Assembly (NCBI GenBank): GCA_017631275.1
Contig: JAGBTQ010000002.1
Coordinates: 3,680 to 67,679 of the forward strand
DNA from: Alistipes sp.
Lineage (GTDB): Bacteria > Bacteroidota > Bacteroidia > Bacteroidales > Rikenellaceae
Direction of reading: 5' to 3'
DNA: 64,000 nucleotides
A model generated the notes under the pieces. The model searched no databases, was not told the DNA's origin, and saw nothing but the letters and a program-made list of their open reading frames with translations. How positions within the stretch are numbered: position 1 is the first letter of the stretch; every line of letters begins with the position of its first letter. Shown in pieces: positions 49,988 through 60,741 of this stretch. A program made the position numbers and the translations under genes.

Positions 49988-50724
49988 TAGTCGCCAATTC
50001 TCTGGCGCACAACCTCGAAGAGCATGATGGCTGCTGCTGCCGATACGTTGAGCGACTCGGTGTGGCCGATAAGCGGAATGGCAAGCTGCTCGTCGCAGAG
50101 CTTTAGAACCTCCTTCGAGATACCCTTATCCTCGGCGCCCATGACAATCACGGTAGGCTTCTTAAAGTCGGCATCGTAGAGTAGTTTGCGGCTCTTCTCC
50201 GTGGCTGCAACAATCTGGAAACCATCGGCCTGCAACGCCTTGAGGGTGTTGCGGATAGAGCCTACGCGACATACTGGAATATTTTGCAAAGCACCAGCCG
50301 ACGAGCGTATAGCGTCGCCATTTACAGGTGCTGAGTTCTTGAGTGGCGTGATAAGGCCGTGAGCACCAGCGCACTCTGCCGAGCGGGCAATACCTCCGAA
50401 GTTACGCACGTCGGTAACACCGTCGAACACCACGATAAGAGGTGTCTCGTCCTCGGGCACACGCTCCAAGATATCCTCCAGCGAGGCGTAGTCAATGGCT
50501 GCAATCTGCGCCACAACGCCCTGGTGGTTACCGCGTGTTAGGCGGTTTAGCTTCTCGATAGGCACCTCCTGATAGCGTAGGTGGTGGCGTGCCATGAGAT
50601 CCTTGAGGTCGGTCATTAGCTGACCCTCAGCGCCCTTCTTAATGTAGATGCGCTCAATCTGCTTGCGTGCCTCGATAGCCTCGGCAACGGGGCGGATACC
50701 AAAAATAATATTCTCCTTCTCCAT
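49987..50724 (-). CDS. rlmB: 23S rRNA Gm2251 methyltransferase (TrmH/SPOUT family)
   Basis: NHQGVVA, DVRNFGGIARS, MGAEDKG and ESLNVSAA motifs. Confidence 0.92.
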   Translation of the reverse strand: MEKENIIFGIRPVAEAIEARKQIERIYIKKGAEGQLMTDLKDLMARHHLRYQEVPIEKLNRLTRGNHQGVVAQIAAIDYASLEDILERVPEDETPLIVVFDGVTDVRNFGGIARSAECAGAHGLITPLKNSAPVNGDAIRSSAGALQNIPVCRVGSIRNTLKALQADGFQIVAATEKSRKLLYDADFKKPTVIVMGAEDKGISKEVLKLCDEQLAIPLIGHTESLNVSAAAAIMLFEVVRQRIGD

Positions 50725-50732
50725 ATTGTGTG

Positions 50733-52661
50733 TTAACTTTGTTCGGTTATCTCTACCTCATACGACGCCTTCTCCCACTCGTGCATGAGGTGGTCGTAGC
50801 GCTCCTTGAGGGCGTTATACTTTGTGTAGTCGTCGGCATTGTACTCCGTAGCCACGGCAAACTTAGCGTCGAAGTCGGCAATCTCCTTCTCTACTTTTGC
50901 TGCCTCCTCTTCGATCATCTCCACGTTTTTGCGTAGCTTGCGCAGAAGCTTCTCCTGCTCCTTCTTCTGCTCATACGAGAGCTTGCCGGTGTTGCTCTCC
51001 ACGCTCTTCTGCGCCGCAGGCTTGTCGTGGCGCTCAATATCTTGCAACGACTCCACCTTACGCTTCTCGAGGAAGTACCAGATGTCGCCAAGATACTCTC
51101 TTACGCCACCATCTCTAAACTCGTAGATGCGATCCACAAGGCCGTCGAGGAACTCTCTGTCGTGCGACACAACCACTACCGTGCCGTCGAACTTCATGAG
51201 TGCCTCCTTCAAAATATCCTTCGAGCGCATATCCATATGGTTGGTAGGCTCGTCGAGGATAAGCAGGTTGTATGGCTCGAGCATGAGGCGCGCCATGGCA
51301 AGGCGTGAGCGCTCACCACCCGACAATACCTTTACCTTCTTGTCGATATCCTCGCCACGGAATAGGAAAGCACCGAGAATATCTCTTAGGCGTGTGCGAA
51401 TGTCGCCTACAGCCACTCTGTCGAGGGTGTCGAACACCGTAAACTCGCCGTCCATAAGGTCGTCCTGGTTCTGGGCGTAGTAGCCGATGTTGACGTTAGC
51501 ACCGAGCTTTATCATACCCTCGGTAGCCTCCAGCTCGCCGAGGAGTATTCGCGCAAAGGTGGTCTTACCCTCGCCATTACGGCCCACAAGAGCAATCTTC
51601 TGTCCGCGCTCAATGGTAAACTCAGCACCCGAGAATATGCGCTTCTGGTCGAATGCCTTGCCCACCTCCTTTACCTCGGCAACAATCTGTCCTGAGCGTG
51701 GCGCGGGTGGAAACTTGATGTTTAGGCGTGATAGATCCTCCTCATCAACCTCTATGCGCTCCAGCTTCTCGAGCTGCTTTACGCGCGACTGCACCTGGTT
51801 GCTCTTTGTTGGCTTGTATCTAAACTTCTCGATAAACTCCTCGGTCTTCTCGATTAGTCGCTGCTGATTTTCGTATGCCGCCATCTGCTGTGCTCGGCGC
51901 TCGGCGCGCAAGACAACATACTTCGAGTAGGGCACCTTATAGTCGTAGACCTTACCTAGCGAAAGCTCGACAGTGCGTGTTGTCACATTATCGAGGAAGG
52001 CTCTATCGTGCGATATTAGCAACACTGCGCCATTGTAGTTTTTGAGGTAGTCCTCCAACCACTGAATACTCTCGATGTCGAGGTGGTTGGTAGGCTCATC
52101 GAGGAGGAATATCGAGGGGCGACGTAGCAAGAGCTTTGCAAGCTCGATACGCATGCGCCAGCCTCCCGAGAACTCGCGTGTGGGGCGCTCGAAGTCACTA
52201 CGCTTAAATCCTAAGCCGAGCAACGTGCGCTCGATGTCTGCCTCGCGCGTGTCGCCACCCAAGATGTGGTAGCGGTCGTTAGCATCGTTGAGGCGGTGAA
52301 TAAGCGTGGCATACTCCTCCGACTCGTAGTCGGTGCGTGCGGCAATCTCCTCTGTTAGGCGCTCAATATCTCGCTCTATGCGTATCACCTCGTCGAAGGC
52401 CTTGGCAGTCTCATCAACGAGTGTTGTTGTGTCGGCAACACGCATCTGCTGAGGAAGATAGCCTATTGTGCACTCGCTGTTGATTGACACAGCGCCCTCG
52501 GTGGGCTGCTGCTCGCCAGTGATGATGCGCAGTAGGGTGGTCTTGCCTGCACCATTCTTTCCCACAAGGCCTATGCGGTCTTTGGGATTAATCATGAAGG
52601 ATATCGAGTCGAAGAGCGTCCAGCCTCCGTAGCTTACTGAGAGATTGTCTAACGAGATCAC
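50733..52661 (-). CDS. ABC-F family ATPase
   Basis: Two ABC cassettes (GKNGAGKTT, FSGGWRMR, LDEPTNH; GRNGEGKTT, LSGGE) and a coiled-coil tail. Confidence 0.95.
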   Translation of the reverse strand: MISLDNLSVSYGGWTLFDSISFMINPKDRIGLVGKNGAGKTTLLRIITGEQQPTEGAVSINSECTIGYLPQQMRVADTTTLVDETAKAFDEVIRIERDIERLTEEIAARTDYESEEYATLIHRLNDANDRYHILGGDTREADIERTLLGLGFKRSDFERPTREFSGGWRMRIELAKLLLRRPSIFLLDEPTNHLDIESIQWLEDYLKNYNGAVLLISHDRAFLDNVTTRTVELSLGKVYDYKVPYSKYVVLRAERRAQQMAAYENQQRLIEKTEEFIEKFRYKPTKSNQVQSRVKQLEKLERIEVDEEDLSRLNIKFPPAPRSGQIVAEVKEVGKAFDQKRIFSGAEFTIERGQKIALVGRNGEGKTTFARILLGELEATEGMIKLGANVNIGYYAQNQDDLMDGEFTVFDTLDRVAVGDIRTRLRDILGAFLFRGEDIDKKVKVLSGGERSRLAMARLMLEPYNLLILDEPTNHMDMRSKDILKEALMKFDGTVVVVSHDREFLDGLVDRIYEFRDGGVREYLGDIWYFLEKRKVESLQDIERHDKPAAQKSVESNTGKLSYEQKKEQEKLLRKLRKNVEMIEEEAAKVEKEIADFDAKFAVATEYNADDYTKYNALKERYDHLMHEWEKASYEVEITEQS

Positions 52662-52677
52662 GCTTAATATCTGAATA

Positions 52678-53331
52678 TTATGAATTTAGCATATCGATGA
52701 TTGCCTGCTCCTGGTTCTCAGCACCAAACACTGAGCTACCCGCAACCAAAGCCTCGGCACCAGCGTCGAACAAAAGACGTGAGTTAGCTGCCGAGATGCC
52801 ACCATCAACCTCGATGATTAGCTCGTCAAGCTTTAACTCCTGCTTCTTACGGCTTAGGTACTCGCACTTAGCAATAGACGATGGCATGAACTTCTGACCA
52901 CCGAAGCCAGGCTCCACGCTCATCACAAGAATAAGGTCGAGCTGCTCAATCCACTTGTCCAACACCTCAGGCTCAGTGCCAGGCTTGATTGAGATACCCA
53001 CCTTAGCACCCGCCTTGCGGATAAGGTCGATGCACTGCTGAATGTTCTCGGTAGCCTCGTAGTGGAATGTCACGTAGTCGGCACCCGCCTCCACGAAACG
53101 CTCTACATACTTCTCGGGCGCAGTGATCATAAGATGCACGTCCAAGACTTTAGTGGTGCCCTTGCGGAGTGGCTTCATGAGGGGAAAGCCGAACGAGATG
53201 TTTGGCACAAACACACCGTCCATAACATCGACATGCACCCACTCAGCCTCTGAGCGCTGGAGCATCTCCATATCCTTGTTAAGATTACCGAAATCGGCAG
53301 AAAGCACCGATGGAGCAATAATTCTTCTCAT
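52678..53331 (-). CDS. rpe: Ribulose-phosphate 3-epimerase
   Basis: HVDVMDGVFVPN, DVHLM, PGFGGQ and EVDGG motifs. Confidence 0.97.
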   Translation of the reverse strand: MRRIIAPSVLSADFGNLNKDMEMLQRSEAEWVHVDVMDGVFVPNISFGFPLMKPLRKGTTKVLDVHLMITAPEKYVERFVEAGADYVTFHYEATENIQQCIDLIRKAGAKVGISIKPGTEPEVLDKWIEQLDLILVMSVEPGFGGQKFMPSSIAKCEYLSRKKQELKLDELIIEVDGGISAANSRLLFDAGAEALVAGSSVFGAENQEQAIIDMLNS

Positions 53332-53462
53332 ACTATTTTAGGTTGTTTTAGGGTTATCGTTCTATGAATGGACAAAATTACAAAAAATGTTTTGATTTAG
53401 CGCACTATTCTTCGAATAGTTTTGTATCTTTGCTTGTAGATAACCACTAACCATAATTTAAA

Positions 53463-54749
53463 ATGGATACTATTTCGACCATATTTCTTGTTTTGATAGC
53501 ACTCTTAGTAGTAACACTCATTGCTGTATATGTTATGTGGCAGCGCAACGACAAGGCTAAGAGCGACGAAAAATCGAGGTGCGAGGCTCGTATCGCAGAG
53601 CTCGAGGCGGGTGTGAATAGCGCACAGCAGCAGCTTAATGAGGAGCGCATAGCCCATGTTCGCACTCAGAGTGAGCGCGATGCCCTAAAGAGAAGTATCG
53701 AGCAGATGCGTAGCGAGCGTGAGGCTACGGAGCGCACTATGAAGAGCGAGTTTAAAAACCTTGCAAACGAGATTCTTGCAGAGCATCAGCACAACCTGCG
53801 CCAGGCAAATCGCGACTCGTTGGATCTGTTGTTGAAGCCTTTTAAGGATAATATTACCGACTTTCGTGAGCGTGTTGAGCGCATCTATGCCCATGAAAAT
53901 GAGCAGCGTGGAGCGCTTAAGAATGAGCTAGATAACCTTATTAAGCTCAACCAACAGATGACCTCGTCGGCAGCCAACCTAACCGATGCCCTCAAGGGTA
54001 ACTCAAAGGTGCAGGGCGACTGGGGTGAGGCATACCTCGAGACTATCCTCGAGAGCACAGGTTTGGTCAAGGGCATACACTATCATATCCAGCAGAATAT
54101 CAAGGGTGAGGAGGGTCAGAACCTACGTCCCGATGTGGTGCTGTCGCTGCCCGAGGAGCGCTCGATAGTCATCGACTCGAAGGTGTCGCTCACGGCATAT
54201 GTTCGCTACGCGGAGGCAGAGAGTGAGGCTGAGCGCCGTCAGGCGTTGGCGGAGCATGTGCAGTCGGTAAAGAAGCATGTTCAGGAGTTGGCTCTCAAGG
54301 AGTATCAGAAGCTTATCAACTCGCCCGACTTTGTGATTATGTTTATACCTACCGAGCCCGCATTTTTGGAGGCGTTGAAGGAGGATAACACCATCTGGGA
54401 AGAGGCATATCGCCGAAAGATTATCATCTCGTCGCCCACAAACCTCTTTGCATTGTTGAAGATGGTTGGCGATATGTGGCGACGCGACGAGCAGACAAAG
54501 AATCAGGCAGAGATTGTAGATAAGGCGACCAAGCTCTATGAGCAGTTGGTGGTCTTTACAGAGCAGCTTGATGGTGTAGGCTCGGCACTCGACACGGCTA
54601 AGAGCAAGTACGACGAGGCATATAAGCGCCTACACACGGGTAATAATAATATAGTGCGTCTTGGCGAGAGGCTCAAAAAGTTGGGTCTGCCAACCAAGAA
54701 ACAACAAACATCAAAGGCTCTTGCCGAGGCAGACTTAGACGAGGAGTAG
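53463..54749 (+). CDS. rmuC: DNA recombination protein RmuC
   Basis: N-terminal TM helix and coiled coil; QGDWGE, RPDVV, IDSK and DFVIMFIP motifs. Confidence 0.94.
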   Translation: MDTISTIFLVLIALLVVTLIAVYVMWQRNDKAKSDEKSRCEARIAELEAGVNSAQQQLNEERIAHVRTQSERDALKRSIEQMRSEREATERTMKSEFKNLANEILAEHQHNLRQANRDSLDLLLKPFKDNITDFRERVERIYAHENEQRGALKNELDNLIKLNQQMTSSAANLTDALKGNSKVQGDWGEAYLETILESTGLVKGIHYHIQQNIKGEEGQNLRPDVVLSLPEERSIVIDSKVSLTAYVRYAEAESEAERRQALAEHVQSVKKHVQELALKEYQKLINSPDFVIMFIPTEPAFLEALKEDNTIWEEAYRRKIIISSPTNLFALLKMVGDMWRRDEQTKNQAEIVDKATKLYEQLVVFTEQLDGVGSALDTAKSKYDEAYKRLHTGNNNIVRLGERLKKLGLPTKKQQTSKALAEADLDEE

Positions 54750-54766
54750 GGGTCGAGTAGCTTAAT

Positions 54767-54804
54767 AAAAAAACGTCCGTAGGCAATTCCCTACGGACGT
54801 TTTT
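54767..54804. terminator. Bidirectional terminator
   Basis: AAAAACGTCCGTAGG / CCTACGGACGTTTTT. Confidence 0.85.
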
Positions 54805-54821
54805 ATGTTGTGCGAGATACT

Positions 54822-55883
54822 CTACTTAACCTCGACGTAGCTATAGTTTGCAACATCTGCTGAGTCGCTCTTGTAGAGGTATAGCTCGGCCTTGAACAAC
54901 TTGCCGAAGTTGCCGTTCTTGTCTTTTGCTACGGCAATGACGATATATTCGCGCTCATACTCAAGCTTAAGGTAGCAGTTTGAGTAGTGGTTTTTAAGGT
55001 GCTTATCCTGAGCCACCTCTGCTAGCCACTGCGAATCTTTGTTGTACCAGTCGAGTGGTCGTGTGTCGAGCATGTAATATACCTGATCCTCCTCGCTTAC
55101 TCCGCTAATCGAGATTGGTAGTAGGGCATAGCCATCGTATGAGGCATAGTCTGCTCAGTGCTCAGCATCTACTGCTGCCACCTCAGCGAGGTTGTAGTGT
55201 GTAGTCCACGCCATAGCGATGTTTGATGTGCCAGGAGTATCAGAGATGAATGTAAACTCCTTGGCAAAGATGCGAGTGTTTGGAGTGTCGCCATCAACTG
55301 TTGCTGAGCCGTAGCCAATGGTTATTGTTGTTGAGCGCTCTTTGCCCGAGGTGTTGGTTGCCACACCAAGTGCTATCTTGTTGCTACTAGTTTTGCAGTC
55401 GATAGAGTATATCCACTCTGCCGAGGTCTTGGCATAGACATAATCTTCGGGGTTGGTGTTTTGGATTGTGTAGCCAATCTCCACTAACTGACCGCAGCGA
55501 TCAAGCTCGATGACAGACTCGTCGATAAGTGAGATTGTGGGCGTTAAGTTCTCGTTCGATTGTGTTACAACAACCGTAGCCTTGCTCGCTTCGTGGCTAA
55601 ATACTACGGCTGCTTGGCGTATGCCTCCTGTGTCGTTTGTGTCGTAGAGAATGGTTGCCTTGCCACTATCGTTGCTCATTATGCGTAGCCACTCAGAGCT
55701 AAGGCTTATCTCGGGGGTAGAGTCTGCTGTGTAGCTAACCACAAACTCTCCTGCGTAGCGTCCAACCTCAACACTTGTTGATGAGGTGATGCTTATCGCT
55801 TGTGTTGGTCTGATGTGCTCAACCTCGCACGATACAACAAGAAGAGAGATTAGCAGAGTGGTGAATGCTAAAAACTTTTGCAT
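54822..55883 (-). pseudogene. BACON-domain lipoprotein interrupted by one in-frame TGA
   Basis: Lipobox VVSC and two BACON-like repeats; the frame continues through TGA (55155-55157) into ORF 54822..55073. Confidence 0.75.
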
Positions 55884-55905
55884 GCCTATGTTTTTGATTG
55901 CTAAG

Positions 55906-56604
55906 TTATAAGTTGTCGTCGTTTACTCGCTTTATGCCAAGCTTATGCTCGTCGATGATGGCATTTACGTAGTCGATAAAAGGCTTGCAACGTTTGAAGG
56001 TGCGGGCTGTGCGCTCCAGCCAGTTGTCGTTAAGAAACCACTTTGTGCCGACACGCTTAACGAGCATTATGTGGCGCTGGAGTAGTAGGTCGCGATACTC
56101 CTCCTCTATGTTCATGCCCTTGGGTAGGCGCTGAAATCTGTCGCGCTCGAGCAACTGAAAGCCAGTGGCACGGATAAGTTCGTTGATTGTTGAGCCATTT
56201 TTTACGGCATCCTCCCTAAACCACTCCAGCACCTCACGGCTGGGGTTGAATATGCCCACAGCCAAGAGCGAGTCGCCACTATTCGACCCCTCGGCAGCGA
56301 TGTGGTAGTAGTAGCCGGCATATCCGCTACGCTTACCGCCGCGAGCGAAGAATCCTCCGAAGTAGTCGTTGTAGGTGCGGTCGCTGTGCTTAAGCTTATA
56401 GTGGCGGGGTAGTGGAAAGCTACAATCGGCAAGCCTAAGATAGCCGATTGCGGTGTCGTACTTGCCAATCATCTTTGCGAGCTTTTGAGTATTCTCGGCA
56501 TTTGTCGCAAATGCCTCGATATAGGCTCGGCGATTAGCAAAAAACCACTCCTTGCTATCGTTGAGGTGTATGCCTTCGAGGAAGCTTAAAATGTTGTCCA
56601 TCAA
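55906..56604 (-). CDS. DUF2461 family protein
   Basis: FLEGIHLNDSKEWFFANR..Y and AGYYYHI segments. Confidence 0.75.
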   Translation of the reverse strand: MMDNILSFLEGIHLNDSKEWFFANRRAYIEAFATNAENTQKLAKMIGKYDTAIGYLRLADCSFPLPRHYKLKHSDRTYNDYFGGFFARGGKRSGYAGYYYHIAAEGSNSGDSLLAVGIFNPSREVLEWFREDAVKNGSTINELIRATGFQLLERDRFQRLPKGMNIEEEYRDLLLQRHIMLVKRVGTKWFLNDNWLERTARTFKRCKPFIDYVNAIIDEHKLGIKRVNDDNL

Positions 56605-56672
56605 TCTAATATAAAGGGAGCGATCAATATGATTATTGAATCACTCCCTATTGTTTTAAGTAAAGCTATCTA

Positions 56673-57953
56673 CTACCAAGCAAACAAAGGATACTCCTGC
56701 ATCATTGCATTAACATCCTTGCGTACTGCTGCGATGTTCTCCTCGTTCTCAGGGTCGCTGAGTACGCGGTCGATAAGCTCTGCGATATAGTCCATCTTGT
56801 CCTCCTTAACACCACGTGTTGTGATGGCTGGAGTACCAAAGCGCAAACCAGATGTGGTGAATGGTGTGCGTGAGTCGAATGGCACCATATTCTTGTTTGT
56901 GGTGATGTCGGCAGCTACCAAGCACTTCTCAGCAAGCTTACCTGTGAGCTCTGGGAACTTGGTGCGAAGGTCAACCAACATAAGGTGGTTGTCAGTGCCG
57001 CCCGATACGATCTTGTAGCCACGCTTAGTGAGTGCCTCAGCCAAAGCCTGTGAGTTCTTAACCACCTGCTTCTGATACTCCTTGTACTCAGGTGTGAGTG
57101 CCTCGCCAAAGGCAACAGCCTTAGCTGCGATAACGTGCTCGAGTGGACCGCCCTGGATGCCTGGGAATACTGCTGAGTTCAAAATCTGCGACATCTTCTT
57201 CACTACGCCCTTAGGTGTTGTGTAGCCCCAAGGGTTGTCGAAGTCCTTGCCCATGAGAATGATACCGCCACGAGGACCACGCAATGTCTTGTGAGTTGTA
57301 GATGTTACGATGTGGGCATACTTCACTGGGTTGTCCAACAAGCCTGCAGCGATAAGACCTGCTGTGTGAGCCATATCAATGAGGAGCAAAGCACCAATCT
57401 TATCTGCGATCTCGCGCATGCGCTTGTAGTCCCACTCACGAGAGAATGCTGAAGCACCACCGATGATGAGTTTTGGCTTGTGCTCCAAGGCGAGTGCCTC
57501 CATCTCCTCGTAGTCGATGTTGCCAGTCTCCTCCTTGAGCTTGTAGCCTATGGCGTTAAAGTACATGCCCGACATGTTCACAGGTGAACCGTGTGATAGG
57601 TGACCACCGTGCGAGAGGTCAAGACCCATGAATGTGTCGCCTGGCTTGAGGCAAGCGAAGAATACTGCCATGTTAGCCTGAGCACCTGAGTGAGGCTGCA
57701 CGTTGGCATACTCAGCACCGTAGAGCTTGCAGATGCGCTCGATGGCAAGGTTCTCGATCTTGTCAACAACCTCGCAGCCGCCATAGTAGCGTGCAGCAGG
57801 GTAGCCCTCGGCATACTTATTTGTACATACAGAGCCCATTGCAGCCATCACCTGGTCGCTAACGAAGTTCTCCGATGCGATAAGCTCGATTCCTTTGGTT
57901 TGACGTGAACGCTCCTCAGCGATCAAATCAAAAATCTGTGTGTCTTTGTTCAT
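56673..57953 (-). CDS. glyA: Serine hydroxymethyltransferase
   Basis: [21 protein letters not shown] and [12 protein letters not shown] motifs. Confidence 0.98.
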   Translation of the reverse strand: MNKDTQIFDLIAEERSRQTKGIELIASENFVSDQVMAAMGSVCTNKYAEGYPAARYYGGCEVVDKIENLAIERICKLYGAEYANVQPHSGAQANMAVFFACLKPGDTFMGLDLSHGGHLSHGSPVNMSGMYFNAIGYKLKEETGNIDYEEMEALALEHKPKLIIGGASAFSREWDYKRMREIADKIGALLLIDMAHTAGLIAAGLLDNPVKYAHIVTSTTHKTLRGPRGGIILMGKDFDNPWGYTTPKGVVKKMSQILNSAVFPGIQGGPLEHVIAAKAVAFGEALTPEYKEYQKQVVKNSQALAEALTKRGYKIVSGGTDNHLMLVDLRTKFPELTGKLAEKCLVAADITTNKNMVPFDSRTPFTTSGLRFGTPAITTRGVKEDKMDYIAELIDRVLSDPENEENIAAVRKDVNAMMQEYPLFAW

Positions 57954-58096
57954 TTTAAGGTATTGTGTTTAGTTTTGGTTTTAAGCCTATATAAGAACGT
58001 TTGTTCTTAACAACTAACAAAGGTAAGAAAAAAAAATTATTTGGCAAAATAGATGAGAGCATATTAATTTCAGCAATTTTTAGTACCTTTGCACGA

Positions 58097-60091
58097 ATGA
58101 TTGATCGTGAAACCATAGACCGAATATTTAGTGCTGTCAATATCGTAGATGTTGTTGGCGACTATGTCACACTCAAACGTAAGGGTGCGAACTATCAGGC
58201 GTGCTGTCCTTTCCATCAGGAGAAGACACCATCGTTTGTTGTCTCGCCGGCTCGTGGCATATATAAGTGTTTCGGTTGTGGCAAGGCGGGAAATGCCGTT
58301 AACTTCGTGATGGAGAGCGAGAATATCTCCTATCCCGAGGCACTTAAGGTGCTTGCCAAGCGCTATGGCATCGAGGTTAGGGAGGAGGCCATTAGCGAGG
58401 AGGATATTCAGCGTAACAACAATCGCGAGAGCATGTTTGCCCTCAACCAGTGGGCGGCAGACTACTTCCAGCGATATATGTACTCCGAGGACGAGGGCCG
58501 CAGTGTGGCTCTTACCTACTTCTCGTCGCTCCGTGGCTTTAGCGATGCCACAATCCGCAAGTTTGGCCTCGGCTTCTGCCCCTCACGTGGCGACCGCTTC
58601 TCTTCTGACGCTCGCTCGGCAGGATATAAGGAGGAGTTTCTGCTCTCGACAGGACTATCTATTAAGCGAGAGTCGGACGGCATGCTGCGTGATAGGTTCT
58701 ACGATCGTGTTATCTTCCCCGTACACAACGTCTCGGGACGTGTGGTTGCCTTTGGTGGTCGTACGTTGCGTACCGACAAGAAGGTTGCTAAATACCAGAA
58801 CTCGCCCGAGAGCGAGATATACTCAAAGAGTCGAGAGCTCTATGGCCTCTTCTTTGCTAAGAAGGCTATTCAGCAGGAGGACATGGTGATAATGGTTGAG
58901 GGTTATGCCGACGTTATATCGATGCACCAGGCGGGTGTCGAGAATGTTGTGGCATCCTCTGGAACATCACTTACCGAGGAGCAGATACGCCTTGTTGCCC
59001 GCTTCTCGAAGAACATCACGCTGATGTATGATGGTGATAAGGCGGGTGTTAAGGCGGCATTGCGTGGTGTCGATCTTATCCTCAAGGAGAACCTCAATGT
59101 TCGCATTGTGCTACTTCCCGAGGAGCACGACCCAGATACCTTTGCTCGTGCACACTCTTCCGAGGAGCTGCGCGAGTATATCCGCAACGAGTCGCAAGAC
59201 TTCCTCGCCTTCAAGGCACACCTACTTCTTGGCGAGGCTACCGACCCGATGACTCGCTCGGAGGCTATACGTGCCATGGTCGAGAGCATTGCCCTTATCC
59301 CCGATGCTATCAAGCGCCAGGAGTATGTGCGCTACTGTGCCGAGATTATGCAAATTCCCGTGGATACGCTCGGCGTGGAGGTGGCACGTAGTGTCGATGG
59401 TGTGAGGGGTAATCGCGAGGCTCGTGAGTTTATCCAACGACAGCAGAGCCGTGAGCGTGAGTATAAGCAGGCAGAGCAGATGCCTAATACGCCTCAGCCT
59501 CATAGCGAGCATATCCCCGTCGATGCTACGCTTGGTACAACCATGCAGACGCTTGAGCGCGAGATAGTTAAATATCTCTTGAAGTATGGTCACCTAAACT
59601 TCACGTTGCTCGAAGATAAGGAGTATATCGACTACAACGTTGCCGACTTCATCTTCTCGGAGCTCGATGCCGACCAGCTAACGTTTGTATATCCCGACTA
59701 CCGCACCATATACGAGGAGTATCGCACGGAGAGTGACCGCCTCGGTATTGGCGTTGAGGTGGCTACGCACCGCTTCGTAAACCACTCGAACCCCGATGTG
59801 AGCCGCATAGTTGTAGATTTGCTAACCTCCGACGACAACTACGTCATCAGCCGTATTTGGGAGCAGAAGGAGGTGCATATCGAGAGTGCTGAGGAGCAGC
59901 TGGCTAATGGCGTGCCCCAGGTTATGGATATGTACAAGCTACGCACCCTTGAGCGACGTATCGAGGAGAACCAGCGCCGCTTGGCATCGCCCGACGTTAC
60001 CGACGAGGAGATGTCGCAAATCATGGCGCAGCTTACCAAGCTACATGTGGCACGTGTGAAGCTTGCGCAGGTGACAAAAAGAGTTATTTAG
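58097..60091 (+). CDS. dnaG: DNA primase
   Basis: CPFHQEKTPSF zinc finger, FGGR, KYQNSPE, VEGYAD and YDGDKAG; start placed at ATG 58097 just after TACCTTTG. Confidence 0.97.
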   Translation: MIDRETIDRIFSAVNIVDVVGDYVTLKRKGANYQACCPFHQEKTPSFVVSPARGIYKCFGCGKAGNAVNFVMESENISYPEALKVLAKRYGIEVREEAISEEDIQRNNNRESMFALNQWAADYFQRYMYSEDEGRSVALTYFSSLRGFSDATIRKFGLGFCPSRGDRFSSDARSAGYKEEFLLSTGLSIKRESDGMLRDRFYDRVIFPVHNVSGRVVAFGGRTLRTDKKVAKYQNSPESEIYSKSRELYGLFFAKKAIQQEDMVIMVEGYADVISMHQAGVENVVASSGTSLTEEQIRLVARFSKNITLMYDGDKAGVKAALRGVDLILKENLNVRIVLLPEEHDPDTFARAHSSEELREYIRNESQDFLAFKAHLLLGEATDPMTRSEAIRAMVESIALIPDAIKRQEYVRYCAEIMQIPVDTLGVEVARSVDGVRGNREAREFIQRQQSREREYKQAEQMPNTPQPHSEHIPVDATLGTTMQTLEREIVKYLLKYGHLNFTLLEDKEYIDYNVADFIFSELDADQLTFVYPDYRTIYEEYRTESDRLGIGVEVATHRFVNHSNPDVSRIVVDLLTSDDNYVISRIWEQKEVHIESAEEQLANGVPQVMDMYKLRTLERRIEENQRRLASPDVTDEEMSQIMAQLTKLHVARVKLAQVTKRVI

Positions 60092-60270
60092 CCTGAAAAA
60101 ATGGGTGCCCGGCTTACCTCCGTATCACTACGTTGGCGGTGTGCAAACAGAAAATAAACTAAAGATGTGTAAAACATATCAAAGATAAAAGAATTAGTTA
60201 CCTTTGCCGAACACCCACTCATAGAGTGGCAAAATATGTGCCGAACAGGGTGCTAACGAAATAATAAGAT

Positions 60271-60732
60271 ATGGCAGACTATAAAAATATAAATATCCGC
60301 AACAAGCGAGCTACCTTCGACTACGAGATTTTGGAGGAGTACATCGCAGGCATCGTGCTTGTGGGCACCGAGATTAAGGCGTTGCGCTTAGGCAAGGCGT
60401 CGCTCGTTGATTCGTACTGCTATTTCGAGCGTAACGAGTTGTGGATTCGTAACATAAACATTGCCGAGTATGCATGGGGTACGTGCAACAACCATGTTCC
60501 CAAGCGCGACCGCAAGCTGCTGCTTAATCGCAAGGAGCTCAACAAACTGCAGCGCTCGTTGCAGGATCGAGGACTCACGGTTGTGGGTCTAAGGCTATTC
60601 CTCACGGAGCGAGGCTTAGCAAAGGTGGCTATTGGTCTTGCTCGTGGTCGTAAGGCTTACGATAAGCGTGAGTATATCAAGGAGAACGACGCTAAGCGCG
60701 AGATGGATAAGGCGATGAAAAACAATAGATAA
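60271..60732 (+). CDS. smpB: SsrA-binding protein
   Basis: [24 protein letters not shown] and GRKAYDKR motifs. Confidence 0.97.
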   Translation: MADYKNINIRNKRATFDYEILEEYIAGIVLVGTEIKALRLGKASLVDSYCYFERNELWIRNINIAEYAWGTCNNHVPKRDRKLLLNRKELNKLQRSLQDRGLTVVGLRLFLTERGLAKVAIGLARGRKAYDKREYIKENDAKREMDKAMKNNR

Positions 60733-60741
60733 CAGCAAAAT

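Noticed and set aside
55155-55157. Genome-wide TGA recoding or selenocysteine
   Set aside because: TGA ends rsmD, feoB and the NCS2 permease normally, and the context is not a redox motif
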